A stretch of DNA of 63,600 nucleotides, counting the filler, from Octopus bimaculoides (taxonomy: Eukaryota): assembly GCF_001194135.2 (NCBI RefSeq). It is 5 parts of 5 records of this genome, joined end to end, with 100 filler letters (N's around TTAATTAATTAA, not from the genome) between each part and the next. Parts side by side here need not be neighbours in the genome. Positions count along the whole stretch, not along the records: positions 1 to 23,006 come from NC_069004.1; positions 23,107 to 51,415 come from NC_068998.1; 3 more parts are not named here. One strand, given 5' to 3'. A program made the position numbers and the translations under genes. The first letter of the stretch is position 1, and the number at the start of each line of letters is the position of its first letter. A model generated the notes under the pieces. That model saw nothing but the letters and a program-made list of their open reading frames with translations, made no database searches and was not told the DNA's origin. This document shows positions 11,703 to 23,359 of this stretch, piece after piece.

Positions 11703-12923
11703 TCATACTTCATCTATACTCTGGTGCTTACCAGTCGTGTTACGGTGAAAAGATTCAACATGGCTTATTTCGGAACGTAAATATGTTCGTTGTGGCGTCC
11801 AGTTGTTGGTACGTCCTTTCTTGTGGCGACATGACAATAGTCGCTTCAATTCAAGACGGAAGGAAGACCCGACAAAGCTGTAGAGAAAGAAATTTGTTAC
11901 GTAACTCATGTAAAATATGATTCTAGATATGTTCAGAGCTTCTTTCATCACTAACAGCCTATTGTGGTCGTTGATTTCGTCTAAGTCACTCCTCTCCAGT
12001 TTAATGGTGAAGAAGAACTGTTGGCACCAGGTAACGAAAAATGGAAGTTTGAACGCTATGAAACAGAAGGATATCATCAATAATAAAAGTGTGAAGTCTG
12101 TTCGACCGACAGCTTCTTTGGCTTTCACCTGGTTGGTCTTTTGCCTTCGCTTTAAACGGACCAATGCTCGAATAATAAGAACGTTGAGCAGGAAGATAAA
12201 TACGAACGGCACAAATGTAATGGAGACGGCATAGACACTGTCCAAGACGAACGAAAGATATCTGTAGTCTAAATTTCCGGTACACTTTGTTAAGTCGCCG
12301 TGAAGCCGATAAACTTTGGTCAATGCTGGTTTATAAGAGTTGATGGCGAGCGAAAGGAATACGAGAAACCCTATGCTTCTTCGCGCTGTTTTCGTCGTGC
12401 ACCATTCAAGCCTTTTGAAAGGATGACATACACCAATGTATCTTTCGACGGTAAATATGACTACGAGCCAAGAAGAAAGAAAACGGAACGTATATGACAA
12501 GAACTGTATCATTTGACACATTCCTTCTGTGTCTAAGACAGGTATCTTACGTCTGTACATTAGAAACAGTGGTATTTTTTTCAGCCATTCTGTCATAACA
12601 TAAAATACCAAGGCGAATATATCAGCACAAGACAGCGACGCTAAATACACGCCGCCTGCTTGACGCCTGAAATTTTTCGATAAGAATATCTTCAACGAAA
12701 TAGAATTACCCAATATGCCCATAGCGAAAATCACCGGTGTTGAGAAGGCATAGATCTTATCCCCAACGTCCATCTGTACTGTATCTAACAAACAGTTTTC
12801 CGCGCCGAATTGCGAGGCAGACATATTGTCAATGGATATATTTTCAAACGTGTAGTCGATCGTTTGGCATCCAAAAACACTTTCGAAAGTGGGCGTCTGA
12901 TTATTTTCCATCATCATCATCAT
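11703..12923 (-). CDS. Class A (rhodopsin-like) orphan peptide-type GPCR, FMRFamide-/CNMamide-receptor-like, 406 aa, single coding exon
   Basis: Uninterrupted ORF with seven hydrophobic segments and class A motifs: TM1 GILGN, TM2 LASLSCAD, C3.25 (GMCQ) with an ECL2 Cys (TKCTG), TM3 FTVERY, TM5 VPF, TM6 FKLP, TM7 NFFLY and helix 8 SSFRLELKRLLSC. N-terminal sequons NQT, NIS and NMS. The first ATG is at 12923; the ORF track starts at a TTG at 12938. The family label rests on recalled resemblance (FLSxWxVVxFTVER, PxKR..CT..A, NFxxY) and needs a database search. Confidence 0.95.
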   Translation of the reverse strand: MMMMMENNQTPTFESVFGCQTIDYTFENISIDNMSASQFGAENCLLDTVQMDVGDKIYAFSTPVIFAMGILGNSISLKIFLSKNFRRQAGGVYLASLSCADIFALVFYVMTEWLKKIPLFLMYRRKIPVLDTEGMCQMIQFLSYTFRFLSSWLVVIFTVERYIGVCHPFKRLEWCTTKTARRSIGFLVFLSLAINSYKPALTKVYRLHGDLTKCTGNLDYRYLSFVLDSVYAVSITFVPFVFIFLLNVLIIRALVRLKRRQKTNQVKAKEAVGRTDFTLLLLMISFCFIAFKLPFFVTWCQQFFFTIKLERSDLDEINDHNRLLVMKEALNISRIIFYMSYVTNFFLYSFVGSSFRLELKRLLSCRHKKGRTNNWTPQRTYLRSEISHVESFHRNTTGKHQSIDEV

Positions 12924-13056
12924 GTTTGTCGTCAGCAATTTTCACCTTTTTTTTTCTTTTAATTCTTCTTCCTTTTTTTTTTTTTTTACTTTTCTTTACG
13001 TCTTTCTTCCCGTTCTTCGTCTATTTTTTTCCCTTTTATCAACAGATTTTTCGTTT

Positions 13057-13086
13057 CTAATCTAATGCAGATGATTGTGCTCTCAT
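13057..13086 (-). promoter_or_regulatory. Candidate uORF (MRAQSSALD*) in the putative GPCR 5' UTR
   Basis: ATG AGA GCA CAA TCA TCT GCA TTA GAT TAG lies between the candidate acceptor and the main ATG. It matters only if this stretch is exonic. Confidence 0.3.
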
Positions 13087-13122
13087 TTCCACCAAGGGAA
13101 GGATAACCTTGCTTTGTTGAGA

Positions 13123-13165
13123 CTGAAAAACACACCAAAAAGAAAGAAGAAAATTAATAAACGGG
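13123..13165 (-). promoter_or_regulatory. Candidate 3' splice acceptor for the GPCR coding exon (5' UTR intron)
   Basis: The minus strand reads TTTATTAATTTTCTTCTTTCTTTTTGGTGTGTTTTTCAG|TCTCAAC: a polypyrimidine tract ending in CAG at 13123, 200 nt upstream of the ATG. Confidence 0.5.
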
Positions 13166-13222
13166 ATTCAAATATGTTGTCAAGGTAGATAATCAGCTAA
13201 TCATTTATTGTAGACAACCTTA

Positions 13223-13224
<2 letters not shown>

Positions 13225-13293
<69 letters not shown>

Positions 13294-13445
13294 ACAACAG
13301 CAGAAATCATTAACAAGTTTCATATTTTGGGAAAAGGAAAACCCAATTATATCGGCTCAAGTACTTTTAGAAATACGATAATTACAGCAATCTAGTGGTA
13401 ATAATAATGATGATGATGATAATAATAATAATAATAATAATAATG

Positions 13446-13512
<67 letters not shown>

Positions 13513-13607
13513 TAATAATAATCATAAAAAATAAATAATAAATAATAAATAATAATAATAATGATCATAAAAAATAATAGTAATGATAATAGTAATAATA
13601 GTAATAA

Positions 13608-13640
<33 letters not shown>

Positions 13641-13660
13641 CATAATAATAATAATAATTA
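13225..13660. repeat. (TTA)n and (AAT)n tracts in opposite orientation upstream of the GPCR
   Basis: (TTA)n at about 13225-13292 and (AAT)n at about 13398-13660. Confidence 0.9.
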
Positions 13661-14390
13661 TCATAGGGACATATCTCACATTCTGAGAGAAGGAAGAGCT
13701 AATTATATTGACTGTATTACTTATAGAAATCAGATAATTATAGGAATACAATAACGGTTACAAGTTTTGGTACCAGGCCAGCAATTATGAGAGGAAAGAG
13801 GTTAGTCAATATATATATGATATATATNNNNNNNNNNATATATATATATACATTCATATACGTACATTTCTATCCAAACGGACTTATAAACAATTTATCT
13901 ATAATGAAATAGTATTATTGGCCGTATGCGAATCTGCGAAATCAACGTATGTCCATAACAGAGGTGCAAAAGTCTTTAGCATTCTTTAGGAAAAAGCATA
14001 GTTGATATATTTAGGTTTCTCTTGAGAAAGAGCCATTTAGTTTAATAATGTACATCTACAAAACGTACGAGCCTAAATTCATTTAGTATTTATGAACAAA
14101 CCTACACACCCTGGCGCAGCACTTTGCTTCATTAACAGGCTGCCAGAAAATAAATTGATGCGCAAATAAGTGAATTATTTATATGTAATTGTGCGGAACC
14201 CCCTGACTGTCTCCATCTGTCGCTACTTAGATTGAACCACTAATTCTGTTGAATGAATATACTCTACGTCATGTATTGGGTACATTAAATCACATTACTT
14301 AAACAGTATAACATGTATATGTAATTGCGTCCATAAATATACACACACACCTGTATATAAACATATATGTATATTTATTTATCAGTCTGA

Positions 14391-14456
<66 letters not shown>

Positions 14457-15029
14457 GTCTGTCTGTCTGTCTGTCTGTCTGTCAATCTGTCTGTCTGTCT
14501 ATTTGTCTGTCTATCTATTTAAAATCCAAGCGGGATGATTGACGTGAACTCCCAAAGCAATATTAAGCACTGTACCGAACAATATGATAGAATCAATCTG
14601 TGACGAGGCTATATGAAAGAATTATGAAATCGATTTATTTCTGAGATTATTGATTTTCAAAATGTCACCCGTCATAAAGTATACGAACCTTAATGGGTTT
14701 CCTGACACAAAAAACAAAAACCAAACAAACAAAAACTCAAACTACAACTACGTTTTGCTGTAGATTGTCAGTTATGGCCTGAATCCCATTAGTTAAATCA
14801 TAACCGCATACAACTTAACTAAACCTAAAATGTTTTAGTTAAATAAACAACAATCTTCACTGAAGTGGTTATTGATATTTTAAAAAGAAGGCCCAAACCC
14901 CTAGCTTGAAACCAGTAAAAGATAAAGAAATATAATATATTTTTTGATTGACGATAACAAAATTGATGCATCAGTTTTTCGGAACAGCTTTTATCGATTT
15001 GATTTTACCATTGACTTTTTACGATGAGA

Positions 15030-15112
15030 CGACGAGTTGGTGGAACTGCTTAGCAGCATTTCGTGCGTTTTTACGTTCTAAGTTCAAATTCCACCTAGGT
15101 CACTTTGTCTTT
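15030..15112 (+). mobile_element. SINE family M, decayed and internally deleted
   Basis: GACGAGTTGG..TGCTTAGCAGCATTTCG..ACGTTCTAAGTTCAAATTCCACCTAGGTCACTTTGTCTTT. Confidence 0.6.
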
Positions 15113-15559
15113 CACGCAGCAGTATGACTGAACTTCTTAAAACTATGTAGTAGTAAAACGAGCATCTTAACCACCGAGTTACCTCATATACTTACCCCAT
15201 AATGTTACCCCGTATAGAACTAAAGTTTTACAGATCTAGAATTTAAAATTGCATAAGGAATTTTATGATGAAAAAGAAGTACTGAAGATAGAAATAAAAG
15301 AAATAAAAATAGAATACATTTGCTCAGAATTGGTTCATGTGAATACACCGTTTTGATGATGTATTGATTATTGAGAAGATAATTCTGTCGAAGAATACAC
15401 GGCTAAGACCGTAATATGACGAAAGATTCAGAAAAAAAATATTAGAAACAAAAGAATTAAATTAACGGAATTAACTTTTCTTTGAGAGTTAATATTCTTT
15501 CTTGATTAGCAAAACATCCATTCTTTTCGAACATAACGAACCATATCAAAAGCCAATGA

Positions 15560-15568
15560 TAATGGAAT

Positions 15569-15646
<78 letters not shown>

Positions 15647-15970
15647 GTAATAATAATGATAATGATGATGATGATGATAATATTAATATTAATAATAATA
15701 TTAATAATAATAATGATAATAATAATATAAATTTTAAAAACATGGAAATAAAAATATGGATAAAAAGTAAAATAAAAATAAAAATAAAAATAGAAATAAA
15801 GATAAAAACAAAATTTCAAAATTAAAATAAAAATTCAAAATAAAAATATAAAGATATAAATAAAAATAAAAGCTAAAAAGTAAAGATGAAGATGAAATAT
15901 TGAAAATAAAAATTTAAAAATTTAAATAAAAATTAAACAACGTACAAATAAAAATAAAATATTAAAAAAT
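15560..15970. repeat. (AAT)n microsatellite and (AAAAT)n-like A-rich tract
   Basis: Directly visible. Confidence 0.9.
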
Positions 15971-16110
15971 ATGTGAATAAAGCACAAACATTAATTCAAA
16001 AATCAACGATACCGTAAGAAATCCCAAAAGAAATCAACCTTGTTCCTTTCTTCGTCCTTTAATATAATTTCAATAAGAAAAAAAAAAAGAACAAAAAAAA
16101 NNNNNNNNNN

Positions 16111-16155
<45 letters not shown>

Positions 16156-16173
16156 ATTTCGATTATTATTCTT

Positions 16174-16365
<192 letters not shown>

Positions 16366-17075
16366 CACTTTAGCTACGACACGCTGCTTTATTTAGCGAT
16401 GAAGTCGTCTTGATGTTTGATAGCGAATCTAAACCCGAACCTTAGGATTCTTGCCAAGTACAAGCTGAGATTTTCCTGCGAGTCTCAATCCCATGTGCAC
16501 CAGTTACCATGGAAACAATTGTCACCACGTTTGTCCTCTGTAAAGACTTCTTCTCACTGGCTTCCTCATGATATTTCTCAATATTCTCGCTTACTTTGCT
16601 ATCGACTCTGTTGTCATATTGTATTGCATTTTGTTCCCTACAATCGTACCTTGTCTTATTGCTTCAATAGCAATCCCAGTTATTATAGAGAAATCCCATT
16701 AAATCCTCTCATTACCACTCACCATCACAGTCTCTGTTCGTACCATTTTACTGTCAATTTGAATCAACGCTCGACTAACATCCCACTTCACTCTTCTACC
16801 AACACAGTCATCCCTGTTCATACTCGTTTTGTGCTAGCTTACTGCAGTCACTTAAGAGAGGGTTAATACTTTCGTCACCTTTTTCACAGATTCTAACATA
16901 CGCTCTCTAAGTTTTAACAATCTTTGCTTTTAACAAATTCGTTCTAATTGCTTCTTCCCGAGCGATTCAGTCTCTCGTTTCAAGTTTTCATTTTTTTACT
17001 TCCAAAAGTCTTCAGTTTATTTTATGAATTGGCCATATCATTCTCTCTCGTTCTTCATTTTGTTTTTGAATATCT
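16366..17075 (-). mobile_element. R4/Dong-like non-LTR retrotransposon 3' fragment (zinc knuckle plus restriction-like endonuclease), decayed, with (AAT)n tail
   Basis: Minus-strand translation across frameshifts gives YGQF, LKRETES, EEAIRTN, CRICEKGDESINPLLSDCSKLAQNEY (CCHC knuckle, H replaced by P), WDFSI, DNRVDSK..ENIEKY, VTGAHG and ARILR, then about 75 nt of 3' UTR running into (AAT)n (plus-strand (TAT)n at 16283-16365). Confidence 0.75.
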
Positions 17076-17134
17076 CTGTTTCAGTGACTTTCTAGATATT
17101 TCTAGCCGAAGGCAGTATTCTTTCCTCCTTTCTG

Positions 17135-17250
17135 TGTCGATAAAATAAGTACCAGTTCTGTACTGGGGTGCGGTGGGGAGTGCGGGTGGGTCACTGTAAT
17201 CGACTTGCCTCGCTCTCCTTAAAATTTGCTCGCCTTTGTATCAACATCAG
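17135..17250 (+). mobile_element. SINE family M, 3' half, decayed
   Basis: GTCGATAAAATAAGTACCAGTT..GTACTGGGGT..AATCGACTT..CCTTAAAATTTG. Confidence 0.6.
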
Positions 17251-17261
17251 AAACAACAGCA

Positions 17262-17313
<52 letters not shown>

Positions 17314-17859
17314 AATTGTGTTGTGTTGTGTTCCGTTTGTAACTGTTATTAGCCTTGCTGTCATTTTGTTATCGGCCCGAGAAAAGGTTTCTGACTCAGT
17401 TAAAGAATAATTAAGAGGAATAAATTAATAGAATGCAACGAATTAAAAGCGACACTTCGATTTTAATCGATGTGAAATAGTGTGTGCGTGTGTGTGTGTG
17501 TTTGTTGATATAAAGTAGCGAAAAGAGAGAAATAAAATAAGATGAAATACAAAAAAATATATATAATTCAATTAGATACGTGTTATTTTCTTTTTGTCTT
17601 TTCACAATAAAGATTAAAGCAAGATTGATGATAAGAAGAAAAAAAAGAAAGAAACAAATTCTGTCCGCTTCATAAAAAAATCGAAAAACATCTATTCTCC
17701 ATAACAAAATACGGGGGAACGTATAAAAGACGATTAACTGAACAATACAAGACTTAAGACAAGGACATACATACATATACATACATAGATACATATATAG
17801 ATACATGCATATATACATACATATATACACACATACATATATACATACATATATACAAC

Positions 17860-17923
<64 letters not shown>

Positions 17924-17946
17924 GTGTGTGCGTGTGTGTGTGTGTG

Positions 17947-17984
<38 letters not shown>

Positions 17985-18536
17985 GATATGTACACACGCG
18001 CGAACATATAAAACAACTGAAATATTCAATCAGCCCCAATCGCATTGCAAAGAAAGAAAACAATATCAACAATTGCGACAACAACAACAACATGAATAAC
18101 AATAGCATAAACAACAAAAACGAAGCAAAAAATAAATCAAATATCACATCTGTAGAAAAAAAAATAACGCAAAAACACTAAAAAAAAATAAAAAGCCACA
18201 AAAAATTTCAACAAACTTAAGAGAAACGAGAAAGAAAAAAAAAATCGTCATTTTATCTTTCGTTTATAAAATTTCCTGATATTTTTTGCTCCTTTTGGTA
18301 TTTTTCTTCTCAAATTTGAAGTTTCTAGAAGTGCTTTGAATTAGACGCAGTAAATATATATATTTCTTAAGGTTAAATTGTAAAGGATTTGGTATTTTGA
18401 TAGCAGCCTCAAGTTAAAATGGAACTGCACTCTTTAAAACTTGCAAAAATTGCTACCTGCTTTTATAGCAAGTTGATGCTGGCAGCTTATCCCTTATGAC
18501 GTAGAATGGGGGAAGGCCGGTACTTTGAAATGCAGC

Positions 18537-18712
18537 TACAACTCATTTTTGCCAGCTGAGTGGACTGGAGCAACGTGAAAAAGTATTTTGTTCAATAGGA
18601 CACAACGCGCCGCCGGGAATCGAACTCGCGTCCAAGGGTCGATTCTTCGACCATAAGGCGGTGCTACAGCATGGCTGCAGTCAATTGACTGAAAGAAGTC
18701 AAAAATAAATAG
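18537..18712. mobile_element. Family U SINE fragment (minus) joined to a family T SINE 3' end (plus)
   Basis: ACTCATTTTTGCCAGCTGAGTGGACTGGAGCAACGTG..GGGAATCGAACTC is followed by GGGTCGATT..AAGGCGGTGCTACAGCATGGCTGCAGTCAATTGACTGAAA. Confidence 0.65.
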
Positions 18713-18777
18713 AATAACAGCTAAAAATTCTTCTCTGTCATGCAAACATAACGTTTAATTGCCAACCGATTTATAAA

Positions 18778-18964
18778 GACGGTGAAGCTGTCAGAAACGT
18801 TAGCACGCCGGGCTACGTCTTGAGTTCAAATTCCGCGGAGGTCAGTTTTGCCTTTTATCCTTTTAGGGTCGATAAATTAAGTACCAGTTGCGTACTGGGG
18901 TCGATCTAATCGACTGGCCTCCTCCCCCAAAATTTCGGGCCTTGTGCCTAGAGTAGAAAAGAAT
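18778..18964 (+). mobile_element. SINE family M, well-preserved copy with a short internal deletion
   Basis: B box GAGTTCAAATTCC, core GCCTTTTATCCTTTTAGGGTCGATAAATTAAGTACCAG and 3' end GGCCTTGTGCCTAGAGTAGAAAAG. Confidence 0.9.
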
Positions 18965-19555
18965 CTTGTTATTAGAATTCAAAACACAACAGACCTGATG
19001 TAATATTTTTGGGATAGAAGAGAAANNNNNNNNNNNNNNNNNNNNNNNNNNNNNNNNNNNNNNNNNNNNNNNNNNNNNNNNNNNNNNNNNNNNNNNNNNN
19101 NNNNNNNNNNNNNNNNNNNNNNNNNNNNNNNNNNNNNNNNNNNNNNNNNNNNNNNNNNNNNNNNNNNNNNNNNNNNNNNNNNNNNNNNNNNNNNNNNNNN
19201 NNNNNNNNNNNNNNNNNNNNNNNNNNNNNNNNNNNNNNNNNNNNNNNNNNNNNNNNNNNNNNNNNNNNNNNNNNNNNNNNNNNNNNNNNNNNNNNNNNNN
19301 NNNNNNNNNNNNNNNNNNNNNNNNNNNNNNNNNNNNNNNNNNNNNNNNNNNNNNNNNNNNNNNNNNNNNNNNNNNNNNNNNNNNNNNNNNNNNNNNNNNN
19401 NNNNNNNNNNNNNNNNNNNNNNNNNNNNNNNNNNNNNNNNNNNNNNNNNNNNNNNNNNNNNNNNNNNNNNNNNNNNNNNNNNNNNNNNNNNNNNNNNNNN
19501 NNNNNNNNNNNNNNNNNNNNNNNNNNNNNNNNNNNNNNNNNNNNNNNNNNNNNNN

Positions 19556-19605
<50 letters not shown>

Positions 19606-20371
19606 GCATACATACATGTATATGTGTGTGTGAGTGTATACATATGCGTGCGTGTGTGCATTAGCTTGACTGTGTATGTGTGTGTGTGTGTGCGCGTGCG
19701 TGTGTGCTGGTGTGTATGGTTCGAATATATGATTTTTAATTACTTACATTTATTCAGCAAAACAAAATGTGATAAGACGAAGAGAGGCGTGGAAGAAACA
19801 GAGAAACTATTACTTCTGCTGCCGCACCAGGATAGCTGAGGCTTCAACGAGCTTCTTGCTCTAAGCTGGAAAAGAGAAAAAAAAAACGATTATAAACAGT
19901 GTCATTTTTGCAAGGCTGCCAGTTACGGTTTTTATTATTCACAAAAGTTACTAAGTCAAGAAGTTACTATGATTTTAACAATAGATTAAGTTCATAAAAC
20001 ATATGGATATTAATAATCCTGAAATTTCTCAGGCTAAGAATTGGGATATTTCTGCCAAAATATCAGTAGCGTAAAGAATTTATTACGGAATCTGAGTCAA
20101 ATAAAGTTACATGTAAATCTTTCAATGTTTTCGGAGTTGCATTTGTTTGGTAAATGATTTGATCTGAGGATGTGTGTTGAAAATAAAACAATTACAAAAT
20201 GAAGGCCCATTCTGGCCATTGAAAAATACATAGAAACTATTAACATCCTTTAATCCTTTATGGCTTTTGTCAAAATGTTCGTCATACTGCTTGTAACTTT
20301 GTCATTGACACAATGTACGGAAACTGTTAACTTTAACCTTAACATTTTATCTGTTAAATAATTTTCGATAC

Positions 20372-20612
20372 AGGTGTAGGTTAAGAAGCTCGATTTGTAA
20401 CAACGTAGTTTCAGGTTCGGTTCCATTGCGCTGCACTTTAGACAAGGGTCTCAAACTATAGCCGTGTGTCAACTAATGCCTTGTGAATGGATTCAGAAGA
20501 CAAAAACTGTAGGGTACACACACACATACGCTCACATACACACAGACATGCATATACAAGCACATGCACACACAGAGAGACACACTAACATATACACACA
20601 ATTATATATATA

Positions 20613-20661
<49 letters not shown>

Positions 20662-20837
20662 CTGTATGTGTGTGCCTCCGTGTTGTGTTTCAACGCCACC
20701 ACCGCTTGAAAATCACTTGTTTTGTTTACGTTCTTGTAGCACATCGGTTCGGCAAAAGAGACTGATAAAGTAAAGTAGAAGACTTAAAAGTACTGCCCCA
20801 GCATGGCTGCAGTTTAATGACTGTAACGAGTAAAAGA
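20372..20837 (+). mobile_element. SINE family T, full length but decayed, with an expanded internal microsatellite
   Basis: Head with B box GGTTCGGTTCC, internal (CA)/(TA)/(TG), body GGTTCGGCAAAAGAGAC and 3' end CCAGCATGGCTGCAGTTTAATGACTGTAACGAGTAAAAG. Confidence 0.75.
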
Positions 20838-21372
20838 AAATTCTTTAAATATTTCCATTTTTCAAATACGAAGAGTCAATAAAAAAAAAATCAATAAATG
20901 GTATACATATGAGAAGTCATTGTTTTCAATGACATTCGGAAATATGGGTTGAATAACATCAAATACAACAGAAGCTATTCAATCAAAATGACCGATGCCC
21001 AAAGGAACGGGAAACTAACCTATTCTGGAGAAGAGAAAATAGCTGATATGTCACAAAAGATGTACATCACCGTCAGTATTAATATTTGTATTGAAGGAAC
21101 AAACCATTCAATATTGAAATCGTTTAAATGAACGAAGTATTTCATATTTATAAAGCTGTCATGTTTGACAGTAAAGTGCCTATATGTTTTATGTTATCGC
21201 TGTGACCATTCATTTAGTCTTTTTCTTTGCAGTGGTAGCTGGCGGCATGCACTCTCACATTTACGAATTCTTGGCCTCAGCCTTTTGGTGAAGATTAAAG
21301 TGCAATATTTTGTATTAAATAGAAAACGAAAAGGTTTAAGGCAAGATATTTAGCAATGGTTTTACACGTCGT

Positions 21373-22213
21373 TTCGAATGACTTCCAAAAGTTTTAAGGC
21401 ATTATTAAGAGAGTCAGCTATAACTGCCCTCGCAATTTCAGTACATCATTACTATAATCTAATAAGCTGACCCGCCAACGTTTGTTATTTCAGATTGAAA
21501 AGGACGGCTGTAACAGCACTTTGAATACACCCTATAAAACATTGCTTGTCACAACTTACTAGTTTGCAGAATGCAGTTGAAGACAATATGAAAGCTTACC
21601 ATACAATAGAGTTTTGTGTTAAACTGGGCAAAAATGATACATAAATATATGAAATACTCCGAACAGCTTATGGGTTAACTTGTTTGAGCCAAGCATCTGT
21701 TTTTTGCTGGCATAAGAGGCCAGAAAATAGAGTCTACCGGGAAGCTCATAATGATCCCCTTTTCCGACAGCAGAGGCCTCATCTACAACCATTGGGTTCA
21801 GTCTAGCCACAAGAATACTTTATGGAGGTTATGAAGGAGTTCAGGAAAAGATTTCGCCGCAAAAGGCCAGAGCACTTGCATGAGGCCATCGCACCAGTCC
21901 ACAATTCCATCTTCATAACCAACTACGTGACAGAGATGGGCATCAAAACTGCCCCTAACCCTTTTTATAGTCCAGAGCTAGCTCCCTGTGCCTTTTGGTT
22001 GCTCCGCGAGGAGAAGGAGGATGTGAAAAGGGTCCTAGATGCCTTCACTTTGGACGACTTCTATGAGGCCTTCACGAAGAGGCTGGAGCGCTGCAACAAA
22101 TGCATGGAAGTCAAAGGATTCTGCTTTGAAGGAGATTAGAGTTTTGTATTTTTTAAAAATTAATAAATGTCTCTCCTTAAAAAAGTCTCCAAACGTCTGG
22201 AATGCACTCCATA
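21373..22213 (+). mobile_element. Mariner DNA transposon, internally deleted and inactive (~840 bp)
   Basis: N-terminal HTH YHTIEFCVKLGKNDT*IYEILRTAYG..SVFCWHKR, catalytic-region YSPELAPCAFWL (from YSPDLAPCDF) and C-terminal RCNKCMEVKG..FEGD*. Weak terminal inverted repeats at about 21373-21400 and 22179-22213. Confidence 0.85.
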
Positions 22214-22415
22214 CTTTTATCCTTTACTTGTTTCAATCATTGGATGGTGGTCATACTGGGAAATGACCTTGAAGGGTTTTTACTCATACAAATCGATCAG
22301 GGTACTTACGTGTTTGTTTTTTTTTTAATTTGGTACTTCTTATGTCGGTCTCTTTTGCAGGGGCGTAAACAAATCAACACCGGTTGTGAAGCGGTCGGTG
22401 GACACAGTCACAGAC
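22214..22415 (-). mobile_element. SINE family T, 3' half
   Basis: TTTACTTGTTTCAATCATT..GTCGGTCTCTTTTGC..CGTAAACAAATCAACACCGGTTG. Confidence 0.75.
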
Positions 22416-22814
22416 ACAGACACATTTACAGCGAGCTGCTGAACAGCGCAGCCAATCACTGAATGATGACGGGGATATCATAAGAGGGAACTGTATCTCG
22501 TGTCAGGAAAGATTACGGAACTTGAACAAAGGGATTTCTGAGACGTTGAAGAGGCATCTTGATATATTTCTCACTAACGTATAACTTTAGATATCTGCAA
22601 AAGGCTACAACCAAAGTAGACTTACTTCTCCCTATTCTTTGATTCACCAACGACTAGTGATGTCACGTGCTCCTGAGAAAAACCACAAGACATTGCATTG
22701 TTACGGAAGTTTACCCTTCGATTCTCCTTATCTTAAGCTTTTCTGGTAGGTAGTGGAGAATGCTTGTTTCCCTTGTATTCCAGATTGCACTGCAATCGTA
22801 TTTTGGCCAAACTA

Positions 22815-22975
22815 CAAAAAGAGCTTTGTGTTAAGACCCTCTCTTTGCGACTACATGGTTTCAGGTTCAGTCCCACTGCGCGGCAATTTAGGAAAGTGTC
22901 TTTCACTACAGGCCCGAGTCGACGAATACTTCGAGAGCAGATTCGGCAGGCAGAAGCGGTGTGCATGCTCGTCGT

Positions 22976-22980
<5 letters not shown>
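22815..22980 (+). mobile_element. SINE family T, head
   Basis: CATGGTTTCAGGTTCAGTCCCACTGCGCGGC..AAGTGTCTT; ends in (CA)n at a gap. Confidence 0.75.
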
Positions 22981-23006
<26 letters not shown>

Positions 23007-23106
23007 NNNNNNNNNNNNNNNNNNNNNNNNNNNNNNNNNNNNNNNNNNNNTTAATTAATTAANNNNNNNNNNNNNNNNNNNNNNNNNNNNNNNNNNNNNN
23101 NNNNNN
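23007..23106. other. Artificial scaffold-join gap: 44 N + TTAATTAATTAA + 44 N
   Basis: Exactly 100 bp. The same construction occurs at 51416-51515, 59998-60097 and 62440-62539. The palindrome places TAA in all six frames. Confidence 0.92.
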
Positions 23107-23359
23107 CTCTCTCCATCTTCTTACCTTTCTCCCCCTTTCTACATAAGCCCTACACCGCTCTCTCTCTACCCCCTTTTCCTACGCCTACCACTCTTCTTAT
23201 CTCTCTCCCTCTTCCCACCTCTCTCCCTCTTCCCACCTCTCTCCCTCTTCCCACCTCTCCCTCTCTTCTTATCCCTCTTGCATATGTCCCATGGGGGTCT
23301 TCAAGAGGGCAGCAGAGGATTCTTGCAACAAGTTACAAAATACCATATTCTTTAATTTT

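Noticed and set aside
12924-12938. TTG-initiated N-terminal extension (MLTTN) given in the ORF track
   Set aside because: An in-frame ATG cluster follows at 12923, so a non-AUG start is unnecessary.
11917-13060. Plus-strand and alternative-frame ORFs overlapping the GPCR (11917-12234, 12001-12285, 12300-12497, 12737-13060)
   Set aside because: They are shadow ORFs of a real CDS with no recognisable motifs.
18590-18650. tRNA-like B-box segments here and in other SINE heads as tRNA genes
   Set aside because: No cloverleaf can be formed, and each continues into SINE body sequence.
23051-23062. TTAATTAATTAA palindrome recurring four times as a possible binding or recombination site
   Set aside because: It is always centred in exactly 44 N + 12 + 44 N, so it is an assembly linker with stops in six frames.
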